A DNA stretch of 19,611 bases from positions 1 through 19,611 of IMG/VR virus record IMGVR_UViG_2585427757_000001. The stretch is one strand, 5' to 3'. Within the stretch, counting starts at the first letter, position 1. Each line of letters opens with the position of its first letter. Made by a program: the position numbers and the translations under genes. A model generated the notes under the pieces. It was not told the origin of the DNA. It saw nothing but the letters and a program-made list of their open reading frames with translations, and searched no databases. The DNA is from a virus (taxonomy: Duplodnaviria; Heunggongvirae; Uroviricota; Caudoviricetes). Positions 8,107 through 17,788 of this stretch are shown here, piece by piece.

Positions 8107-9599
8107 CAATAAGTTTTAGTGCTGTTCCGTCGAATACGCTGGTGCCGTTGTTCTACGCCGAGATGGACAATTCTGCGGCAAATACTGCACAGGACAGCGG
8201 AGCATCGCTGCTGATTGGTCATGCCAATAACGGTGCAGAGATTGTTGCCAACAGTCTGGTACTGATGCCGTCGGCAGACTATGCACGCCAGATTTGTGGT
8301 GCGGGAAGTCAGCTGGCGCGTATGGTCGAGGCTTATCGCCAGACCGACCCGTTTGGTGAGCTGTATGTGATTGCCGTTCCTGAATCCACAGGCGCGGCGG
8401 CAACGGTTACGCTGACGGTGACCGGGGCGGCAACCGAAACCGGCACGGTGAATGTCTATGTGGGACGTACCCGCGTGCAGGCTCCGGTGACCAACGGCGA
8501 TAACGTCACGACGATTGCCAGCAGTATCAAAGATGCCATCAATGCCGTTCCGGCCCTGCCGTTTACGGCTTCATCTTCGGCAGGCGTGGTCACACTGACC
8601 GCGCGTCATAAGGGGCTTTGCGGGAATGAAATTCCTGTCAGCCTCAATTACTACGGCTTTGGTGGGGGCGAAGTGCTGCCAGCGGGCGTACAGATTGCCG
8701 TGGCGACGGGTACCGCCGGAACGGGTGCTCCGGTTCTCACCGGCGCGGTGGCTGCAATGGCGGATGAGCCGTTTGATTATATCGGACTGCCGTTCAACGA
8801 CACGGCCTCCGTTAACACGCTGGTGACCGAGATGAACGATACCAGCGGTCGCTGGAGCTATGCGCGTCAGCTGTATGGTCATGTGTATACGGCAAAGATC
8901 GGCACGCTGTCAGAACTGGTGACCGCAGGTGACCAGTTTAACCAGCAGCACATTACCCTGGCGGGGTACGAAAAAGAGACCCAGACGCCTGCCGACGAAC
9001 TGGCGGCAAGCCGTACCGCCCGCGCAGCGGTGTTTATTCGCAACGATCCGGCACGTCCCACGCAGACCGGTGAGCTGGTGGGTATGCTGCCTGCGCCGAA
9101 GGGGAAACGGTTCACGATGACCGAACAACAGACCCTGCTGTCTCATGGCGTGGCAACGGCGTATGTCGAAAGCGGGGTACTGCGCATTCAGCGTGATGTC
9201 ACCACGTACAGGAAAAACGCTTACGGGGTTGCGGATAACAGCTACCTAGACAGTGAGACTCTGCATACCAGCGCGTATGTACTGCGCAAACTGAAATCCG
9301 TCATTACCAGTAAGTACGGGCGTCACAAGCTTGCCAGTGACGGTACCCGCTTTGGTCCCGGTCAGGCGATTGTCACCCCGGCGGTGATCAAAGGGGAACT
9401 GCTGGCAACCTACCGTCAGCTTGAGCGTGCGGGGATCGTGGAAAACTACGCACTGTTTAAGCAGTACCTGGTTGTGGAGCGTGATGCCAGCGATCCGAAC
9501 CGCCTGAACACGCTGTTCCCGCCTGACTATGTTAACCAGTTGCGTGTCTTTGCCGTGGTTAACCAGTTCCGTCTTCAGTATTCAGAGGAGTCCGCATAA
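8103..9599 (+). CDS. Contractile tail sheath protein
   Basis: 498-aa ORF, immediately followed by a ~118-aa tube-like gene and a chaperone/tape-measure set; the order is typical of myovirus tails. Confidence 0.85.
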   Translation: MTISFSAVPSNTLVPLFYAEMDNSAANTAQDSGASLLIGHANNGAEIVANSLVLMPSADYARQICGAGSQLARMVEAYRQTDPFGELYVIAVPESTGAAATVTLTVTGAATETGTVNVYVGRTRVQAPVTNGDNVTTIASSIKDAINAVPALPFTASSSAGVVTLTARHKGLCGNEIPVSLNYYGFGGGEVLPAGVQIAVATGTAGTGAPVLTGAVAAMADEPFDYIGLPFNDTASVNTLVTEMNDTSGRWSYARQLYGHVYTAKIGTLSELVTAGDQFNQQHITLAGYEKETQTPADELAASRTARAAVFIRNDPARPTQTGELVGMLPAPKGKRFTMTEQQTLLSHGVATAYVESGVLRIQRDVTTYRKNAYGVADNSYLDSETLHTSAYVLRKLKSVITSKYGRHKLASDGTRFGPGQAIVTPAVIKGELLATYRQLERAGIVENYALFKQYLVVERDASDPNRLNTLFPPDYVNQLRVFAVVNQFRLQYSEESA

Positions 9600-9955
9600 T
9601 GGCCCGTATCGGGGGAACCTGTTATTTCAAAATTGACGGTCAGCAGCTATCGCTGACCGGCGGCATTGAGGTGCCCATGAACAGGACGGTCAATGATGAC
9701 ATCATCGGCCTGGACGGTTCAGTGGACCGCAAGGAAACTCACCGTGCGCCTTATGTCAAAGGGACCTTCAAGGTGCCGAAGAATTTTCCGGTGAGCAAAA
9801 TCACCTCGTCTGATGAGATGACCATCACTGCCGAGCTGGCGAACGGTCAGGTCTATGTACTGTCGTCTGCCTGGCTGCACGGCGAAGCGAACCATAATGC
9901 CGAAGAAGGCACGGTCGATCTTGAGTTCCACGGTGAAGAAGGGGATTACCAGTAA
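9599..9955 (+). CDS. Tail tube protein
   Basis: 118-aa ORF with strong SD ggaggag (9583-9589); start overlaps the sheath stop; canonical position after the sheath. Confidence 0.8.
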   Translation: MARIGGTCYFKIDGQQLSLTGGIEVPMNRTVNDDIIGLDGSVDRKETHRAPYVKGTFKVPKNFPVSKITSSDEMTITAELANGQVYVLSSAWLHGEANHNAEEGTVDLEFHGEEGDYQ

Positions 9956-10224
9956 TGAAAGAGCTTGAGTTAAAGAAACCGATTACCGCTCATGGCGAGA
10001 CACTCTCCGTACTGGAGTTTGATGAGCCCACCGGGAAAGATGTCCGCGAGCTGGGGTATCCCTACCAGATGAATCAGGATGAGTCCGTCAGACTTCTGGC
10101 GCATGTGGTGTCGAAATACATTGTGCGGCTGGCGAAAGTGCCGCAAAGCTCTGTCGACCAGATGTCTCCGGCAGACCTGAATGCAGCGGCGTGGCTTGTG
10201 GCTGGGTTTTTTCTCCAGGCCTGA
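9955..10224 (+). CDS. Tail assembly chaperone (G-like)
   Basis: 89-aa ORF between tube and tape measure; its 3' end overlaps a second ORF in the -1 frame. Confidence 0.7.
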   Translation: MKELELKKPITAHGETLSVLEFDEPTGKDVRELGYPYQMNQDESVRLLAHVVSKYIVRLAKVPQSSVDQMSPADLNAAAWLVAGFFLQA

Positions 10225-10373
10225 CGGCTGAATACCTCACTGATCGCTTCTTTGACTGCGCCAGCTACTGGCGCATTAATCCCTTCGAATTGCTGAATAT
10301 GCCGATCAGTGAAATTCCCTTGCTGGTCAGTCAGGCAAACAGGATAGAGCAGGAGAAACGCACACATGGCTGA
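10191..10373 (+). CDS. -1 frame extension of the tail assembly chaperone (GT-like fusion C-terminus)
   Basis: This ORF is in the -1 frame relative to 9955-10224, overlaps its last 34 nt, and ends 8 nt inside the tape measure gene. It has no convincing independent start (the track uses GTG). Confidence 0.55.
   Translation: MACGWVFSPGLTAEYLTDRFFDCASYWRINPFELLNMPISEIPLLVSQANRIEQEKRTHG
10204..10213 (+). promoter_or_regulatory. Candidate programmed -1 frameshift slip site (gggttttttc)
   Basis: A T6 run lies inside the overlap of the two chaperone frames. The zero-frame codons ggg ttt ttt can re-pair in the -1 frame (A-site ttt to ttt). Confidence 0.45.
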
Positions 10374-12198
10374 ATTTGAGCTTAAGGCGTTGATCACCGG
10401 TGTCGACAGGCTTTCTCCCGGGCTGTCGAAAATGCAAAAGAAAATCCGGGGATTTAAACGCCAGGCGGAAGAAGCGTCACAGGGTGGGCTGGCGCTTGGT
10501 GGAGGACTGGCAGCGGGGCTGACGCTTTCCCTGAAATCTTATGCCGATCAGGAAAACGCCGCTACCGGGCTGAAAGTCGCCATGATGGATGCGAACGGCG
10601 AGGTTGGAAAGAGCTTTCAGGACATCAATAAACTGGCTATTGGCCTGGGTAACCAGCTACCCGGTACAACGGCTGATTTCCAGAACATGATGCAGATGCT
10701 GGTGCGTCAGGGGATCCCGGCAGAAAACATTCTGGGTGGTGTGGGTAAAGCGACAGCTTATCTTGCGGTACAACTGAAAAAAACACCGGAAGCGGCTGCT
10801 GAGTTTGCTGCAAAGATGCAGGATGCTACCGGAACGGCGTCAGAAGACATGATGGGGCTGTTCGACACTATCCAGAAGGCGTTTTATCTGGGCGTTGACG
10901 ATACCAACATGTTGTCCTTCTTCACTAAAACCAGTTCTGTTCTGAAGATGGTGAACAAGGACGGTCTTCAGGCTGCACAGAGCCTTGCCCCCATCAGCGT
11001 CATGATGGATCAGATGGGGATGAACGGGGAGTCGGCAGGTAATGCCCTGCGAAAAGTTATCCAGTCCGGATTAAGTGTTAAGAAAATCAGGGACGTCAAT
11101 AAAGTCATGGCCCGCCAGAAACTCGGGGTACAGCTCGATTTTACTGACGGCAAAGGAAGTTTTGGCGGTCTTGATAACATGTTCAGGCAACTGGCAAAGT
11201 TGCGAAAACTGACCGACGTTAAGCGAACAGGCGTACTTAAGGCAATATTTGGTGATGATGCCGAAACCCTTCAGGTGGTCAATGCCCTGATCGATAAAGG
11301 AAAGGATGGCTACGATCAGATCCAGCAGAAGATGAATAAACAGGCCAGCCTGAATAAACGTGTTCAGGCTCAGCTTGGTACGCTGTCCAACCTGTGGGAG
11401 GCAATGACGGGGACCGCAACTAACGGTCTTGCAGCTATTGGCGGCGCATTTTCTGGTGACGCTAAAAATATCACGCAATGGCTGGGGGAGTTGGGGGAAA
11501 AATTCACGAAGTTTGCGGATGAAAATCCCCGGGTTATTCGCGGCGTCGTCGGGCTTGCTGCCGGTCTTGCGATTCTGAAACTGGGATTGATGGGCGTTGG
11601 CGGTGCCATCAGTATTGTCAGCAGGATCATGTCGATGACGCCGATTGGCATGATTGCGACGGCGATAGCCCTGGCTGCGGGATTAATTATCACTAACTGG
11701 GATGTTGTCGGACCTTATTTTAAGAAACTCTGGGAAACCATTGGTCCTTATTTTGAGGCTGGCTGGGAACTCCTTAAGAAAGTTTTTGCCTGGTCGCCGC
11801 TGGGGATGGTGATCAATAACTGGGGGCCGGTTGTTAAGTGGTTTCAGGATATGTGGGACAAGCTGAAGCCAATTATTGAGTGGTTTACCGACAGTTCCGG
11901 TGACACGGTCGATGCCATTAACTCTGCGCAGTGGGGCGCGGGTGCTTATGATGCTTATGGGACGGGAATACCGACGCGGGGATACACACCTTATCCGGCG
12001 GTGGATCCGGCTCAGTCAAACAACGCCTCCGATGCCACAGGCCCGAATCCCTTCATGATTAACAAAGCTATCGCGCCAAAAGTTGATGGCGAGATCAAGG
12101 TTTCATTTATGAATATGCCACCAGGTATGCGGGTTACGGAAACACGTTCCAGTGGCATTGATATTAATCACGATGTTGGGTACACCAGATTTAGGTAA
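10366..12198 (+). CDS. Tail tape measure protein
   Basis: 610-aa ORF with SD aggag (10351-10355). Long Ala/Gly/Leu-rich helical protein with a C-terminal hydrophobic segment and repeated W/GPYF motifs (GPYFKKLWETIGPYFEAGWELLKK...WGPVVKWFQDMWDKLK); position after the chaperone pair. Confidence 0.88.
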   Translation: MAEFELKALITGVDRLSPGLSKMQKKIRGFKRQAEEASQGGLALGGGLAAGLTLSLKSYADQENAATGLKVAMMDANGEVGKSFQDINKLAIGLGNQLPGTTADFQNMMQMLVRQGIPAENILGGVGKATAYLAVQLKKTPEAAAEFAAKMQDATGTASEDMMGLFDTIQKAFYLGVDDTNMLSFFTKTSSVLKMVNKDGLQAAQSLAPISVMMDQMGMNGESAGNALRKVIQSGLSVKKIRDVNKVMARQKLGVQLDFTDGKGSFGGLDNMFRQLAKLRKLTDVKRTGVLKAIFGDDAETLQVVNALIDKGKDGYDQIQQKMNKQASLNKRVQAQLGTLSNLWEAMTGTATNGLAAIGGAFSGDAKNITQWLGELGEKFTKFADENPRVIRGVVGLAAGLAILKLGLMGVGGAISIVSRIMSMTPIGMIATAIALAAGLIITNWDVVGPYFKKLWETIGPYFEAGWELLKKVFAWSPLGMVINNWGPVVKWFQDMWDKLKPIIEWFTDSSGDTVDAINSAQWGAGAYDAYGTGIPTRGYTPYPAVDPAQSNNASDATGPNPFMINKAIAPKVDGEIKVSFMNMPPGMRVTETRSSGIDINHDVGYTRFR

Positions 12199-12205
12199 AG
12201 ACGAA

Positions 12206-12227
12206 CAGGGAGGGCCGTCCCTCCCTG
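12206..12227. terminator. Perfect 9-bp GC-rich hairpin between convergent genes
   Basis: cagggaggg-ccgt-ccctccctg; it lies 8 nt after the tape measure stop and 3 nt after the antisense gene's stop. On the minus strand it is followed by ttcgtcttt. Confidence 0.5.
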
Positions 12228-12230
12228 AAC

Positions 12231-12677
12231 TTACTGTGCGAACACGCAATTTCGGCCTGATGGGGAGCCGACAATTCTGGACATTTTTTCGCAAATAACA
12301 GTTACTTGTTCTCCTTTTTTAAGAGCAGCAGCTGTTGATTTTTCAGAGTCTTGCATCTCCATTCTTGCTGGCATGAATTCATTTTCAGTTCTGAATTTAA
12401 TAATTATAGAGTCAGTAAAGTCCTTATCAATGGATTGTACGATACCTCTAACGGCGATTAATTTACCTTTTAACTGTTCATCGGTAGCGACTTCATTTTC
12501 TTCATACTCTTTAAACAGCTGTCGAGCAGTAGTGTTGTAGATTTCTTTTTGCGGTGCCGCAGCTTCCGTATCGGATGAGTATGAAGAATTAGAGCCTTTA
12601 TCGTTATTGCCTGCAAAATATCCAATAATCACCAACCCGATGAAAATATATAAAATCCATTTTAATAATTTCTTCAT
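12231..12677 (-). CDS. Membrane-anchored protein of unknown function with a putative OB-fold-like extracytoplasmic domain; antisense AT-rich moron
   Basis: 148-aa ORF on the opposite strand to the operon. Strong SD on the minus strand (aaggtga, 5 nt before ATG). N-terminal hydrophobic anchor (KKLLKWILYIFIGLVIIGYFAG) without a lipobox Cys, a Ser-rich linker, then a ~100-aa domain (KGKLIAVRGIVQSIDKDFTDSIIIKF...LKKGEQVTVICEK). The surrounding DNA is markedly AT-rich compared with the flanks. Confidence 0.7.
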   Translation of the reverse strand: MKKLLKWILYIFIGLVIIGYFAGNNDKGSNSSYSSDTEAAAPQKEIYNTTARQLFKEYEENEVATDEQLKGKLIAVRGIVQSIDKDFTDSIIIKFRTENEFMPARMEMQDSEKSTAAALKKGEQVTVICEKMSRIVGSPSGRNCVFAQ

Positions 12678-12739
12678 GTTATCACCTTAATGCTAATAAT
12701 TTATATAGTTACAAATGGTAATGGCTACCACTACAAATT

Positions 12740-14116
12740 ATGGCATTACCAGTAAATATTACTACTGATAATAAATATGGGACTTATATGACGTGGAAAG
12801 ACAGGCTTCAGGATGCGTCATTTCGCAGCGTGCCGTTTAAGGTTGAAGAAGAAAGTGCGGGAACCGGTCGCCGTGTGGAAACACATGAATACCCGAACCG
12901 CGACAAGCCCTATACCGAAGATCTGGGAAAAGTCACTTTCCGCCCGTCCATCACAGCTTATGTGGTGGGAGATGACTGCTTTGACCAGCGCGATCGCCTG
13001 ATTGAAGCGCTGAATAAACCCGGTCCCGGCACACTTGTCCACCCGACATATGGTGAGCTGAAAGTCTGTGTTGACGGGGAAGTTCGGGTCAGCACATCGA
13101 AAAGTGAAGGGCGTATTGTCCGCTTTGACCTGAAGTTTGTCGAAGCAGGAGAACTCTCTTACCCCACATCAGGTGCGGCGACGGCGCAGACGCTGATGTC
13201 ATCCTGTTCTGCACTGGATGACTGCATCAGTGACAGCTTCAGCGGTTTCAGTATCGATGGTGTGGCGGATTTCGTGCAGAACGACGTTATCGGTAATGCC
13301 AGCACAATGCTTGGGTATGTTTCTGATGCGATGAAAGTGGTGGATTCTGCCGTATCGGATGCCGCCAGGCTGTTGCAGGGGGATATCTCGGTACTTCTGC
13401 CGCCGCCATCCTCAGGCAAAAATTTCGTTGAGCAGGTGCAGAAAATGTGGCGTACCGGGAAACGCCTTTATGGTAACGCCAGCGACCTGGTCACCATGAT
13501 CAAAACGCTTTCCGGTGTCAGCCTCGGCAGCGATCTGCAACCGCGCGGCGTCTGGAAAACGGACAGTAAAACCACCGCCACGGCGACGCAGCAGCGTAAC
13601 GTGGTTGCCAGCACCCTTCGTACGACCGCAATCAGCGAAGCGGCGTATGCCGTCACCCGATTGCCTGCGCCAACAACTTCCGCGGTGATGCAGAATTCCG
13701 CAGTGGGGCAGGCAACAACACCCGCGCAGAGCACTGGCTGGCCTTCCGTCACGCATCCGGCACTGAACAATGCACCGGCGGTGAAAAACACGGTTGACCT
13801 GCCAACGTGGGAAGAACTGACCGACATTCGCGACACACTGAATACGGCAATTGATAAGGAGTTGTCCCGTACAACCAGTGATGCGCTGTTTCTGGCGCTG
13901 CGCCGGGTGAAAGCAGATCTGAATGCGGATATCAACACGCGCCTTGAACAGTCTGCACGGATCATTCAGCGCACACCGGATGAGGTTTTACCCGCGCTGG
14001 TGCTGGCGGCGACCTGGTTTGATAACGCGGCGCGTGACGCGGACATTATCCGGCGTAATGCCATTACGCATCCCGGCTTTGTGCCGGTGATCCCTCTGAA
14101 GGTGCCAGTGCAATGA
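12740..14116 (+). CDS. DNA circularization protein (Mu N-like)
   Basis: 458-aa ORF directly after the tape measure region, as in Mu-type tails. ATG 12740 lies in the AT-rich insert; the next in-frame ATG at 12788 (MTWKDRLQD...) is an alternative start. Confidence 0.8.
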   Translation: MALPVNITTDNKYGTYMTWKDRLQDASFRSVPFKVEEESAGTGRRVETHEYPNRDKPYTEDLGKVTFRPSITAYVVGDDCFDQRDRLIEALNKPGPGTLVHPTYGELKVCVDGEVRVSTSKSEGRIVRFDLKFVEAGELSYPTSGAATAQTLMSSCSALDDCISDSFSGFSIDGVADFVQNDVIGNASTMLGYVSDAMKVVDSAVSDAARLLQGDISVLLPPPSSGKNFVEQVQKMWRTGKRLYGNASDLVTMIKTLSGVSLGSDLQPRGVWKTDSKTTATATQQRNVVASTLRTTAISEAAYAVTRLPAPTTSAVMQNSAVGQATTPAQSTGWPSVTHPALNNAPAVKNTVDLPTWEELTDIRDTLNTAIDKELSRTTSDALFLALRRVKADLNADINTRLEQSARIIQRTPDEVLPALVLAATWFDNAARDADIIRRNAITHPGFVPVIPLKVPVQ

Positions 14117-15192
14117 ACGACAATGTCACGCTACGGGTAAATGGCCGGGAGTGGAATGGCTGGACATCGGTGCGCATCGGTGCCGGTATTGAACGGCTGG
14201 CGCGGGATTTCAGTGTGGAGATCACTCGCCAGTGGCCGGGAGATGAGGGTATCACCACGCTTCAGCCGCGCATTAAAAACGGTTCAAAAGTGGAAGTGCT
14301 GATTGGTGATGAGCTGGTGATCACCGGCTGGGTGGAGGCGACTCCCGTTCGTTACGATGCCCGTTCGGTCAGCACCGGTATTGCCGGACGTAGTCTGACG
14401 GCTGACCTGATTGACTGTGCAGCCGAACCGACACAGTTTAACGGACGCTCGCTGGTGCAGATTGCGCAGGCGCTTGCTGCGCCTTTCGGCATTGAGGTGG
14501 TGAACAGCGGTGCGCCATCGGGTGTTATTCCTGATGTTCAGCCTGATCACGGTGAAACGGTGATTGAGGTAATCAACAAAATACTCGGTCAGCAGCAGGC
14601 GCTGGCTTACGACGACCCGCACGGCAGGCTGGTGATTGGCGGTATTGGCTCAACGCGGGCACATACCGCGCTGGTACTTGGGGAAAACATCCTTTCCTGT
14701 GATACGGAGAAGAGTATCCGGGAGCGGTTTTCTGTTTACCAGGTGGCGGGGCAGCGTGCCGGAAACGACGATGATTTCGGTGAGGCCACCACCACCGCGC
14801 TGCGGGCCCGCACAGAGGACGCATTTATTGCCCGTTACCGTCCGATGTATATCAGGCAGACAGGGCAGGCCACGGGGGCAGGTTGTATTGCGCGTGCTGA
14901 CTTTGAAGCCCGACAACGGGCGGCGCGGACGGATGAAACCACCTATGTGGTGCAGGGCTGGCGACAGGGTAACGGTACGCTGTGGCAGCCCAACCAGCGG
15001 GTGATTGTCTTCGATCCGGTCTGTGGTTTCGACAATACCGAACTGCTTGTCTCGGAAGTCACGTTTACTCAGGACCAGAACGGCACCCTGACGGAAATCC
15101 GTGTCGGCCCACCTGATGCTTATCTGCCTGAACCCGAAGCCCCCGGCGCGCGGAAAAAGAAAAAAGCCAGAGTACAGGAGGACCCGTTCTGA
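14113..15192 (+). CDS. Baseplate hub / tail protein (Mu P-like)
   Basis: 359-aa ORF with start overlapping the upstream stop; its position between the N-like and spike-like genes matches the Mu baseplate order. Confidence 0.75.
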   Translation: MNDNVTLRVNGREWNGWTSVRIGAGIERLARDFSVEITRQWPGDEGITTLQPRIKNGSKVEVLIGDELVITGWVEATPVRYDARSVSTGIAGRSLTADLIDCAAEPTQFNGRSLVQIAQALAAPFGIEVVNSGAPSGVIPDVQPDHGETVIEVINKILGQQQALAYDDPHGRLVIGGIGSTRAHTALVLGENILSCDTEKSIRERFSVYQVAGQRAGNDDDFGEATTTALRARTEDAFIARYRPMYIRQTGQATGAGCIARADFEARQRAARTDETTYVVQGWRQGNGTLWQPNQRVIVFDPVCGFDNTELLVSEVTFTQDQNGTLTEIRVGPPDAYLPEPEAPGARKKKKARVQEDPF

Positions 15193-15740
15193 TGAGGACG
15201 ATTGAAGCCATGCAGCGACAACTTCTCGGCCTGATTGGGCGGGCAGTGGTGAAAAGCATCAGTGCCGCCACGAAATGTCAGACTGTGGATGTGTCCCTGA
15301 TTGCCGGTGAACCCAAAGCCGGGGTTGAACATCTTGAACCCTACGGTTTTACCGCAAGGGCAAACAGCGGTGCGGAAGCGGTGGTGTTGTTTCCGGATGG
15401 CGACCGTTCTCATGCGGTGGTTGTTACGGTGTCGGACCGGCGCTACCGCCTGAAAGGGCTGCAGACGGGTGAGGTGGCTGTCTATGACGATCAGGGGCAG
15501 TCTGTGACGCTGACCCGGGAGGGGATCGTGGTGGACGGTGCAGGTAAAACGATCACGTTTCGCAATGCGCCCAGAGCACGTTTTGAAATGGACCTGGAAG
15601 TGACCGGACAGGTGAAAGACCTGTGCGACTCCGGCGGTACCACCATGTCAGCGATGCGGCTTGCCTATAACGGGCATCGTCACAGAGAGAACGGTCAGGG
15701 CAGTAACACCGACAAACCTGATAAAGCGATGGAGGCATGA
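15192..15740 (+). CDS. Baseplate assembly / spike protein (gpV-like)
   Basis: 182-aa ORF with SD ggagga (15177-15182); size and position typical of gpV-type baseplate spike proteins. Confidence 0.75.
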   Translation: MRTIEAMQRQLLGLIGRAVVKSISAATKCQTVDVSLIAGEPKAGVEHLEPYGFTARANSGAEAVVLFPDGDRSHAVVVTVSDRRYRLKGLQTGEVAVYDDQGQSVTLTREGIVVDGAGKTITFRNAPRARFEMDLEVTGQVKDLCDSGGTTMSAMRLAYNGHRHRENGQGSNTDKPDKAMEA

Positions 15741-16165
15741 TGGAACTGTGGCTGACGGTGAACGGTAAACGCACCTGCGCCAGCGCACAGCTGGATCCGC
15801 TGACCCGCGCCGTGGTGATTTCCCTGTTTACTTGGCGGCGGGCGGAGCCTGATGACAACGCCGATGTCCCGATGGGATGGTGGGGGGATACCTGGCCTGC
15901 GGTACAGAATGACCGTTACGGCTCCCGACTGTGGCTGCTTCAGCGCAGCAAACTGACCAATCAACTGGTGCAGACGGTAAGGGGGTATATCCGCGAATGC
16001 CTGCAATGGATGATTGATGACGGCGTGGTGTTCCGTATTGATCTGGATATCCGCCGTACCGGGATTAATGAACTGGGTAACAGTATCACTCTCTGGCGTC
16101 GTGACGGACCGGTAATGATTTCTTTTGATGATCTGTGGAGTGCGATAACGCATGGCGGACAGTGA
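15737..16165 (+). CDS. Mu gp46-like baseplate protein
   Basis: 142-aa ORF translationally coupled to its neighbours; sits between the spike and J-like genes. Confidence 0.75.
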   Translation: MMELWLTVNGKRTCASAQLDPLTRAVVISLFTWRRAEPDDNADVPMGWWGDTWPAVQNDRYGSRLWLLQRSKLTNQLVQTVRGYIRECLQWMIDDGVVFRIDLDIRRTGINELGNSITLWRRDGPVMISFDDLWSAITHGGQ

Positions 16166-17210
16166 ATTTCAGCGCCCGACGCTGGCAGAAAATATCAGTA
16201 TGCTCCGTAACGATTTATTCGCCAGGCTGGACGTCAGCGACACGCTCCGGCGCATGGATGAAGACGTGCGGGCAAAGGTGTATGCGGCGGCGCTGCATAC
16301 GGTCTACGGGTACATCGATTATCTGGCAATGAATATGCTGCCTGACCTGTGCGATGAGTCCTGGCTGGCGCGACATGCTGCGATGAAACGGTGTCCGCGC
16401 AAAGGGGCCACGGCTGCCAGCGGGTATATGCGCTGGGAAGGTGTCAGCGATGGCCTGAAGGTGACTGCCGGGAGCGTGATTCAGCGCGATGACCTGGTTC
16501 AGTACACGGCAACTGCCGATGCAACCAGCTCCGGTGGTGTCCTGCGTGTGCCGATCACTTGCTCAACTACAGGCGCGGTCGGTAACGCTGACGACGGTAC
16601 GGCATTAATCCTGGTCACGCCGGTGAATGGTCTGCCGTCTTCCGGTGTTGCAGATACCCTGACTGGCGGATTCGATACTGAAGATCTGGAAACGTGGCGC
16701 GCCCGCGTCATTGAGCGGTATTACTGGACGCCGCAGGGCGGGGCTGACGGGGACTATGTCGTCTGGGCTAAAGAAGTGCCCGGCATTACCCGCGCATGGA
16801 CATACCGTCACTGGATGGGAACGGGAACTGTCGGTGTGATGATTGCCAGCAGTGACCTGATTAATCCCATTCCGGAAGAATCAACGGAAACGGCGGCAAG
16901 ACAACATATCGGGCCACTGGCCCCGGTGGCAGGCTCTGACTTGTATGTGTTCAGGCCGGTGGCACATACGGTGGATTTTCATATCCGCGTGACGCCGGAT
17001 ACACCGGAAATACGGGCTGCCATCACCGCGGAGTTGCGTTCGTTCCTGCTGCGTGATGGTTATCCGCAGGGAGAACTGAAGGTGTCGCGTATCAGTGAGG
17101 CGATTTCCGGTGCGAACGGGGAATACAGCCATCAGTTGCTTGCACCGGCAGACAATATCTCCATTGCAAAAAATGAACTGGCGGTTCTGGGGACGATTTC
17201 ATGGACGTGA
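16152..17210 (+). CDS. Baseplate J-like protein
   Basis: 352-aa ORF in the canonical J position before the gp48-like and tail fibre genes. Confidence 0.8.
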   Translation: MADSEFQRPTLAENISMLRNDLFARLDVSDTLRRMDEDVRAKVYAAALHTVYGYIDYLAMNMLPDLCDESWLARHAAMKRCPRKGATAASGYMRWEGVSDGLKVTAGSVIQRDDLVQYTATADATSSGGVLRVPITCSTTGAVGNADDGTALILVTPVNGLPSSGVADTLTGGFDTEDLETWRARVIERYYWTPQGGADGDYVVWAKEVPGITRAWTYRHWMGTGTVGVMIASSDLINPIPEESTETAARQHIGPLAPVAGSDLYVFRPVAHTVDFHIRVTPDTPEIRAAITAELRSFLLRDGYPQGELKVSRISEAISGANGEYSHQLLAPADNISIAKNELAVLGTISWT

Positions 17211-17785
17211 CAAACGATGATTACATCCGTCTGTTGTCTGCACTGTTGCCCCCCGGTCCGGCGTGGTCAGCCAGCGATCCGGCGATTGCCGGTGCGGCAT
17301 CGTCATTAACCCGCGTTCATCAGCGTGCGGATGCCCTGATGCGGGAGCTGGATCCGCGCACCACCACCGAACTGATAAACCGCTGGGAGCGTCTGTGCGG
17401 CCTGCCGGATGAATGTATTCCCGCAGGGACACAGACCCTTCGCCAGCGTCAGCAACGACTGGATGCGAAGGTTAACCTGGCGGGCGGCATCAATGAGGAT
17501 TTTTACCTTGCACAGCTTGCTGCCCTGGGCAGACCAGACGCTACCATCACGCGATACGACAAAAGCACGTTCACCTGCTCATCAGCCTGCACTGACGCTG
17601 TGAATGCGCCGGAATGGCGGTATTACTGGCAGGTCAACATGCCAGCCGCCACCAACACCACCTGGATGACATGTGGCGATCCCTGTGATTCCGCACTGCG
17701 TATCTGGGGCGACACCGTTGTCGAGTGTGTGCTTAACAAACTCTGCCCGTCGCATACCTACGTAATTTTTAAATATCCGGAGTAA
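17201..17785 (+). CDS. Mu gp48-like tail protein (YmfQ-like)
   Basis: 194-aa ORF overlapping the J-like gene's 3' end and directly preceding the tail fibre gene; the arrangement is as recalled for Mu-type tails and the e14 remnant. Confidence 0.7.
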   Translation: MDVTNDDYIRLLSALLPPGPAWSASDPAIAGAASSLTRVHQRADALMRELDPRTTTELINRWERLCGLPDECIPAGTQTLRQRQQRLDAKVNLAGGINEDFYLAQLAALGRPDATITRYDKSTFTCSSACTDAVNAPEWRYYWQVNMPAATNTTWMTCGDPCDSALRIWGDTVVECVLNKLCPSHTYVIFKYPE

Positions 17786-17788
17786 TCC

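Noticed and set aside
13468-13965. 165-aa minus-strand ORF (and 13412-13756) inside the N-like gene
   Set aside because: Shadow frames of a GC-rich gene; Arg/Ala/Ser/Cys-rich, no start context.
15695-16153. 152-aa minus-strand ORF across the gp46-like gene
   Set aside because: Antisense to a coupled baseplate gene; no independent signals.
16135-16332. 65-aa + strand ORF at the gp46/J junction
   Set aside because: Alternative-frame overlap with the J-like gene; Cys/Arg-rich junk-like translation.
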